Of a stretch of DNA of 64,000 bases, positions 54,681-64,000 are shown in pieces. The notes under the pieces were generated by a model, which saw nothing but the letters and a program-made list of their open reading frames with translations, was not told the DNA's origin and did not search any database. The DNA is taken from the NCBI RefSeq assembly GCF_009914755.1, contig NC_060934.1; one strand, written 5' to 3'. Position 1 is the first letter of the stretch. Each line of letters opens with the position of its first letter. Position numbers and translations under genes: made by a program. This stretch comes from the human T2T-CHM13v2.0 reference genome, Homo sapiens.

Positions 54681-57600
54681 CCATTGCCATTCTAACCTGA
54701 GATCACATCAGTCCACAGTTTGAACAGAATGTACTTATCAGTCCAGTCAAAATCCTCAACATGAAAGGCAAAAATTATGCAGAATTACCTCTCCAAGCTC
54801 TGGACTTGTCATTTAACATATGCTATATCATTTTATCTTCCTAGCTATTCTACGGAATAGCTGACATTTCCTCATTTTACAGAGATAAGTACTTTGCCTA
54901 AGGTCACAGAGTCAGTAAGTATCTGAGTCACTATATACTGATATAGTGCCTGATACTATATAATTGCAAAGCCAGCCCTCATTCTTTCTGCTTAGTTGCC
55001 TTATAGTGACATAGACATGTTACATTCAGCACAAAACATTGCACCTATGTGAAAGTATACGCAGCATTAAAAGCTACCAGTTCTAACTGGCCAGTAATGT
55101 GTCTAAGAATTTTTTTAAGTCAGTACAGTATTCATCACTGTAACCTATTTTCAGAATTGCTAGTCTTTGAAAAATATGTATCTAGGGAAGCAGAGGAAAG
55201 GAAAGAACTGATGTTGCCTATGGCATTTCATATCTAATGCATAGTACTGTACTCCTCAGCTCCCAGAAAATGAATTCCTGTCTTTCTCTCACTTCTTAGA
55301 AGATTTGGTTACTATTCACATAACTGAGAAAATGTACATGTTATCCTTTTCCAATCTAATGCTCTACTTTTCCATTATGAAATTAGGAGGCAAAGCTATG
55401 ATAGAAAAAAAAATGTCCTTTAGACCATGAATAATCAGGGTATGAATCCTGATACTTTCAGCAACCTCATGCAATTATTTAACTTTATAAGAGGCGGCCA
55501 TGGCTCTCTCCTCGCAAGGGTAGAAGTCATGCTTGTGAAGGGATGTCTGTGCGTATCAGGACCGCCCTACATAATATGCTGTCTGTAATATCATGCTCAT
55601 CCAAAAAGGCAATAATTATGTTCTGGAGTCTCAAGCACAAATTCATTTTTTCTAGTATTTTTGTCTCTATTTTCAGTCTAATCCCTATTTCCAACCACAT
55701 AACCCTATTACTATTAAAAAATTCAGGGAAAATGCATATTTAAAGTTCCTAGTAATTTATCTGGCACAGAGTAGATGCTCAACAGAATGAATTTCCTTGT
55801 CCTTGTCCTTTTCCATTTCAAAAAGGAGAACAATTCACTTCTCTGGTTTGGGTACAGGCTACTCTTGTTTTTTTGACAAATCCATTATCCACAGGCAATA
55901 GCTCTGTGAGAAGTTCAGGAAAATCAGCATTTACTCAACAAAATGACACTCTGATATCATTTCCCTGTGGGGTTTAATTATTTAATAAGCTTACAAACAC
56001 CCACTGTATATGAAAGGGAGCAAATAGAACAAATCAGGGACTTGGCCTTTGAAAAACTCACAGCCTGGCTGGGGACAGAATGACCCAAGAAAGAGTGGAG
56101 AATGTGGGATAAGAAATGCTGCATCTGACTGGGGGACTCCAGATTAGAACCCCAGAGTCATAAAGAGTGTGGGAAGTCTCTCTGACCCCAGGCCAAGTGA
56201 AGAGATGATGATGGAATTGAACTCTCCACAAGAGTTAAAGACCTGTAGTTCTTCTAGGTTTCAAGATGATATAAACCCTCTACCCCTAAAGATAGGACCA
56301 AATCTTTACCAGGGAAGCCTGGCAGCAATCACCTTGCTCTCTACAGGCTGCAACCAAAGACAACCATTTCCAGGAGTTAGCTGATTAAAAATATTAGTTC
56401 CTAGTGAATTGTATTTCAGTATTAGATGTGAGCATTAGGATCTCTGTGTAACACATGGGAGCAGAGAAGCTTCACCTATACTCTTAAACTGCATTGACAT
56501 GGTCCAGTTTAAGATAGAAATTAGACAAATCTCTGAGTCATTTGAGAAACCCAGCTAACTTAAACTTATGAGTTAAGTATTGGGCTGAGCAGGCTGCCCC
56601 AACAGTCTACCTCAACTTTCAGAGGAAAGGACGATTCACCTTCACTTCCAGAGGCTTCCTCAGAGTCTTCCAAGAAGGAAGGCTCTCCATAAGGGGAGTT
56701 CTGTGCTACTAGAGACACCCAGGCAATGTTTTCCCTTAGGAATCTCTGCTGAAAATAAGAGGCATCTTGGCTAGTTTGTGTTTCCTCTCCACTGTCTGAA
56801 GTTTAGAGAAAACAAACATTGGAAAACAAAAAAAAAGGAGTAAACATTCATTCAGCCCACATCTGGGGTCAAACACTCTTCTGTGTGCTTATCTCCAACA
56901 GTGCTAGACATCATTAACTCTATTGAGCAGCTGCAGAGATTAGGATCATGGAGTTAAAGTAACTTTCCCAAGGTTACTGAGCTGGTAAATGGTGGAGATC
57001 AGATTCAAACTCATGACTCTGAAAAAAACTTACAAGATTTTTTTATTCTACCATACTGCACCTCCTGAAATGACAAGATTAGCAGTTCCTCTCTTTGTTT
57101 CTCTTACCTTCCTTTTTTATTTCCTTCTCTATCTTTCTGTGCTTTCTCTCCCTCCTTTGTATTTCATTTCCTACCCTCACTCTTGATGATATTTGGGTGC
57201 CATACAGGTCATGCTTGTTGACATTGGTTCATACTTCTCACTGCACATCATTTTCCAATAAAGTCAAATTCCTATCTAGGGGAAAAGCTTTCAATGAAAA
57301 GTTAGAAACAAACATTATATGTGCCTGACCATCAAATTACAAGCATCATTAACTTTCTTCTATTCTCTCTTTATCTTTTTAATATATTTTTAGAGTTATT
57401 TATTGCTTAAGACATCAGTTTGTTGAATGACACTTCCAGTCATTGCCTCCAAAATATATAGGATTGTTATGGGATCATACACTTTAGGCAGTATTAAATT
57501 GCCAAAGGAAGATTAACTCTTTTCCTACAATTTAATTCTGTAGAAAATTTCCCTTATATTCATATGTGTTGCTTCTACTCATGATTCATATGTGGTGGCT

Positions 57601-58779
57601 GGTAAGTATTAGGTCTGTCTTTCATTTGCCCCTAGTGTTCAGGGGAGTATTTTATTGTGATGCCATGAAATGCAAGGTTAATATTACTCAACAGGTCATA
57701 TACACCATTTGCTGTCCACCACGAAGAAATACAATTAAGATTTTAAGCAAATAAACCATCAGAAAGGAATGCATATTGCTCTTCAAGCCACAACTTCAGT
57801 GTCATTGAAGAGTCCAAATGGCTGCAATCCCCGTTAACAACATTGTTTATTTCAGAGTCTGGCAGTTTTTTAAACAGCTGAAGGAGCACAAATGTAGGTC
57901 ACTGTTGGGAAATTATGCTGAACAACGCTCCATACCTCAGAATTGGGCCATGCCTTGAGGTCAGCACAAACATAATAACACTACTGTCTCACTGTTCACG
58001 TCTAGCTCTTGGCCAGACCTGTCCGACTCATTTAAGCAGCCACATCCAACTTTATATATGAGCTAAATACAGACAAAATGAAATCTACAAATTATTCTAA
58101 CTCTGACATGCTCACCTTGTTAACAGATGAGGACAGGGAGTCAGAGTGTAAGTTAAAATAATCAAAATAGGAGAGTGTTTTGGTTATCTAGTAGAGAGTA
58201 ACAAACCACTCCCAAACTTAATGGCTTAAAGTAACTGCCACATTCATTTTGCTCACTAATCTGCAGTTTGGAAGAGCTGGAAAGAAGATGGCAGCCCATC
58301 TCTGGTTCACTTGGCATTTGCTCAGCCACTCAAAATCATGATGGCATCTTATGAAAAATATCTGTAGAACCTGTAACAGAGAATGAGTTATTAAGTGCCT
58401 TTTGGACACCCAACAACAGAAATGACTCTGGACTCTGCCCTGAGATGGAATGTCTGTAACCTTAAATTAGAGAGAGCCTCCACTTTATCCTTGAGAGGGT
58501 GGTGGTTCTTTTGACAGTCACTGGCCCCTTTTTCTGGAGGGGCAATTCTTTCTCTTATTTAAAGAATGATAAATGTGAACAAACACATACAAACTATGGA
58601 GAACCACTAAATTATTTGATTTTGTGTTTAAAGCAGCTTTTTATCCTAATAAAATGTATACAGTTTAAAATTATCTAAATTTAAAATTTAAAATTTAAAT
58701 TTAAAATTCTGTCAACAATTTTGTTGACAGAAGCTCCACACAATAGGCAGAATAACCTTCGGGAAAATAGTATACACCT

Positions 58780-59040
58780 ATGTGAGTGTGTGTATATATA
58801 TGTCCACATAAATGTATACACATTTACTTATTTATATGCCTATATATGTGTGTAGTTTATATTCATAGTTATCTAGAAAATTATTTTTGCATACCAGGAT
58901 TATGAACAATTTTTATATAGTAAACCATTTTCTAAAAAGTTTTTCTCTCTACATTGTGTGTGTGTATATATGATATATGTGTATGTGTGTATGTGTGTGT
59001 GTGTGGGGGGGGGGGTGGGTGGGTAGGTGCATATATACAG
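58780..59040. repeat. Mixed (TA)n/(TG)n low-complexity tract ending in a G-run
   Basis: Direct read. Confidence 0.8.
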
Positions 59041-60755
59041 ATACCGGCTGGGTTAATAAAAATCTTTGAGGTTTTTACCTACATTCCCTCGAGTAGTGTT
59101 ATTGTGCCCTAGGTTGGGGGATAATAGTGAAGCCATTTATCCCATAATGTGCACCATGACATTTCTTATGATGTCTTTCATTGAAAAGCCAAGCAGATCC
59201 AGAAAAAGTTTGCTCCCATTTTGATATCAAGCTTCCTTTAGTTCAGTAGCATTCTCTAGTAGTTTTAACTCTACTGAGCATATAAACATTCTAAAACTAC
59301 CTCTTGGCAATAAAGAACATATGGAGGTTTTCTAAGGTCCTAAATGCTTAGACACAGTAGTACAGACATTATCTCTTAGGAGGACTGTTTACTTCTCACA
59401 CTTGTTTAACTTTGTCCCTTGCTCTATACCTCACCAGCTTTTCTGGGGATTTTGTTTCCTTTCTGGCCTGATTGGTTGTGAATGGAAGATTGGGATCGTT
59501 TGTGGTTGGGATTTACGGATACCTATCGTATAATCATTTCTTCTTTGATTCCACTTGGAGTAACCTGTTATACACTGAGGGAAGTTTTATTCTCAATATA
59601 TCCACCTAAATCTTTTGACTAAGTCATAAATACCTTCCTTTCTCCTAAGGAACTAGACATTTAATTATCAAAAAATTATCAAATAAAAAATAGACTCAGG
59701 TGTCTCCTGTGTCCACTGCAACAGCCCATCTCTGAGGTAGTGGAAACAATGGACAGGCCTCAAGATAACTTAAGATATTAAAATATTAGAAGGGAAGTTG
59801 GAGATGGGAGTTTTAGGGAATAAATCTAAAAAAAGGAATTGGCTAATATTTCCAAATAGCATCTTGTCATGATTGGTTTGTACCTCATGTATATTTCTTG
59901 TTTATTCATGAACGATCTGCTCTACTAGGTTCTGTACACTTTACAAAAGGAAATAAAAACCATGGTGATTCAAATAAGACCACTGTGGACATCCTAATTT
60001 CATCACTTGATGTTTAGTTATCCTTATACAATTATAAGTGACTTTATGATTTTGAATTTCAGTTTTGTCATCTGTAATGTAAGCAACTTCACAAAAATCT
60101 TTTAAAAATAAAATAAATAATAAAAGTAAAACACAAAATAACAGCACCTGACATTTAAAAATCTTGCTATGTATCATTTCTTAAATGGCATTCATTCCTC
60201 TGAATCATGATTCAGACAAGACCCTTCCTTTGTGTTTCCACAAGGAATCAGTTAAAACATTTGTGTTACACACTGGCCAGAATTGGAACCCAGATTCATT
60301 TGTTTAAGCACACGATTCTTCACTTCTATTTTTCGCAAGGGTGTCAGAGAAAAGCTATGAGCCTATTACAGAAGAATGAGCAGAAGTTAACTATGCATTT
60401 GGTCAGAATTAAGTTATCATGTGACAACAAGTCATCACTTGAAATTGCTTCTAGGGGGTCATCTGCAGTATATAGAATTATTTAATTGGCTTGTCCTGTA
60501 GTTGAAGTCTAGAAAGTTGGAGGCTAGAAAGTATGGACCAAAAACACACCCAAAAGTGAATCCAAAACATTTTGAGAATGGGAAACATTTAAAATCAGTC
60601 CATTCAAAAGGCACATTAAATTCAAAAGGCCAAAAATAAAACAGATGACTGACTTCTCAAAAGAAGTGATGGAAGGCAGAAGATATTGAAAAGGTATCTA
60701 TAAAGAACTGAATAAATATAATTGTCAAACTAGAATTTGATTCACAGTGGACTCA

Positions 60756-61080
<325 letters not shown>

Positions 61081-62721
61081 AGAAGATGAGATGGAAATAT
61101 TTGCCATACATACACATACACACACACACACACACACCCAGAGGGAGAGAAAGAAAATTTCTAGAAAACCATCATTTAAAAAAAGATAATAGAGTTATCA
61201 AAGAAGGAAAATAATCCCAGAATAACACATATAAATACAGAAAGAAATGACGAACAATTTAATGGGTTTGCATGTTAGTAACTGTCAATGAATACTAACA
61301 TTTTAATATTATAAAACCATAATAATATCTGAAAGGTTTTAAAAAATATGTAAAACTAAAATATATGACAAAAATAGCAAAGAATATGGTGGCATATAAA
61401 TATAAAAAAATGTTCTAATGTTCCCATTGTCTGGAAAGTGGTAAAAGTAATACTTTTAATTAGGCTCAAGTAAATTTTTTTAAAGACTTTGTGCTCTCTC
61501 AGCTAACCACAAACAAAATAGTAAAAGCATGTTTAACAAAATAATGTCTAAAGGAAGAGAATGTGCAATTTTTAAAAAACTTGATTACTAAAAAAATACT
61601 AGAAAAGAATGCTAACAACAAGTACATCAGTTGTGACAAACTGAAAGAACATATGAGATATTTAAACTGTAACATATCGTGAATTAATCTAAATTGAAGT
61701 GAACTAACCATTTTAATTAAAAGAAAAAATATTAGACCATTAAAACTATATTATCTTAAAAGGGATAAATCTTAATTGTTAGAACAAAAATTACTGAGAG
61801 TAATTGAATAGAAAAGGTGTACAATGCAAACTAACTAAAAAAATCAGGCATAACTACACTAATGTTATTTAAAAGTAGTTATTAAAATAGGAAGCATTAC
61901 AAGAGTTAAAGGGGAATGTTTCAAAATGACTAAAGGATAAAACCTACAAAGACAATTTCCCATTTCTAAATGTGTATGCCTAATAGTACATCCTCAAGAT
62001 TATACAAAGCAAAAACTATAACGGAGCAATAAACAACATCCAATTATTGTGGGATACAATAACACATCTCCCTCAGAAACTGATATAGCAAGAAGACAAA
62101 GTATCAAAAAGGATCTAGATGGAATATCTTTTCAAACTTGACTTAACTGATATGTATACAATATTGCATAAAAACAGTACCAGAGTAAGCATCTTTTTCA
62201 ATTATGAGTATTCACTGATATTTATTAATACTATATCATGAAGAAATTCAAAAGAATTAAAATCATTTATATATTCCCTGAGAACAGTGGAATTTAGCTA
62301 GAGAGTGATAACAAATGGACAATTGAAATTTTCATACATCTTAAAATTAACAATGAAGAACAAAATTGGACAAAAGGTTCTACTGAATACCAAGATTTTT
62401 ATAATGCTAAAGCTAGTGTTGTATATGTACCAAGCAGAAAAAATTGAAACAGAATGGAAAGCTCAGAAATAGATCCACATATAGATGATTACTTGCTTTA
62501 TGATAAAGGAGACTTCAGAGCAATGGAGAAAGGTTTTTTTTAAATCAACGTGAGGCATTTAGATAGCCATGTAAAAATTAATCTTTATCCTTAATTCACA
62601 TAATATGCAAAAATTCAGTACAGGTGAGTTATAAATGAAAATGTGAAAGGCAAGTAGTAAAGCTTTTACACAATAACATAGGAAGATATTTCCATAAACT
62701 TATGGTAGGAAAGATGTCTTT

Positions 62722-62872
62722 GCAAAAATTAGCCAGTGGTGGCACGTGACTATAATCCCAGCTATGTGGGAGGCTGAGGCACCAGGTTCACTTGAACCCG
62801 AGAGATGGAGGCCACAATGAACCAAGGTCATGCCACTGCACTTGAGACTCTGTCTCAAAAAAAAAAAAAAAA
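62722..62872 (+). mobile_element. Alu right-arm monomer (FRAM/AluJ fragment)
   Basis: 'aaaaattagcc...ataatcccagctatgtgggaggctgaggc...gagactctgtctc' plus poly-A. Confidence 0.85.
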
Positions 62873-64000
62873 GATATATTAAAAAGAACACAAAAAGTTA
62901 ATAAATAGGAATAGGTGATTAATAATTTGAACTATGTTAAATTAACACATGTTCATCAAGAGACACTATTAAGCCAAGTTACAGTATGAAAGATACTTGC
63001 TGTATACATAGCTAACAAAATATTTTATGTAAGAAGGGCTCCCCCAAACAGGAAGAACCGAATAGAAAATGGTAAAATGCCTGAACTGGCATATCACAAT
63101 TAACATATCCAAAAGTCCAATAAACATTTGAAAAGGTGCTTATCTCATCAATTATCAGACATGCAAATAAAAACCAATATAAAATATAATTGTCAGGTTT
63201 TTAAAAATCACAATAATATTTGTTGGGGAGGTGTGGAACAATGGAAAGTTTCATAGTTTTCTGTTAGAAGTATATGTTATGTCCGTGCAACCACTTGGGT
63301 ACATTGGAAGTATCTTAAAGTTCATTTCACATATATATTCCTGTCACAGCAAGTCTACTCTTTAGTATATTCTCAATATAAATCTATGTACATTTTAGCA
63401 GCATTATTTGTAATAATCTTGTAATGGTAACAACACAAATGTCCATCAATTTTTGAATGAATAAATATATTGTGTGATATTCATACTGTGATCCTATACA
63501 GAATTGCAAATCAATTAAATTTATATAGCAAACATACAAATAACACAAATTGGCCCTGGATAATTCTGAGTAAAATAAAACAGACCTAAGAGAGTACATA
63601 CTGTACAAATTTCAGTTAACAGGCAAAACTACCTAATAGTGTTAGAATAGTAATGACCTTTGGACGGGAAGCTACTGAGAGAGGCATCCATGATTTTATT
63701 TATGAAAATTAATTTAGCTATACATTCATGTTTTGTGTATTTTTCTGTATGTATAATTTAAAAGTTTATAAAGGAAAAATACTTAGGCCAACTTACATGT
63801 GACTTGATAAAATTTTTTCAGTAATTTTTATGTATTTCTAAATTCTTTCTTCAAGTGATGTTCTGATAAATGACGGGAGATTTGGGGATTTGGGGACCAA
63901 CTTAAACCCACCCTTCTCCCCACTCTTCCCTTTCCTCTTGGTTTTACCCTGTTGAGTGCCAAGCTCACATGGAAAACTACAATGTCCTACTCTCTGTGAC

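Overview
Human (hominoid) non-coding genomic DNA, AT-rich and CpG-depleted, with roughly half of it recognisable interspersed repeats. These include the 3' end of a young L1PA2/3-type LINE (1-1573), many older L1PA/L1MA/L1MB/L1MC/L1ME fragments, L2 and MIR relics, at least 12 Alu/FLAM copies, a solo MER4D-type ERV1 LTR, several MaLR (MLT1) LTRs, an LTR41-like element, DNA-transposon fossils (Tigger2a, MER44, MER58) and microsatellites. I find no intact protein-coding gene, RNA gene, CpG island or CRISPR-like array. The ORFs in the track are broken L1 ORF2, Alu read-throughs or chance ORFs. I do not see a new biological system. The best second-look items are a twin-primed inverted L1 with TSDs, a near-perfect 75-bp tandem duplication that clips a MER44 TIR, nested insertions, two perfect 12-bp inverted repeats, a CpG-poor GC-rich ~26-28-bp array from an old L1 5' end, and a few splice-site-bounded segments that could be lncRNA exons. 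Repeat subfamily names come from recalled consensus sequences, and boundaries of old repeats are approximate.
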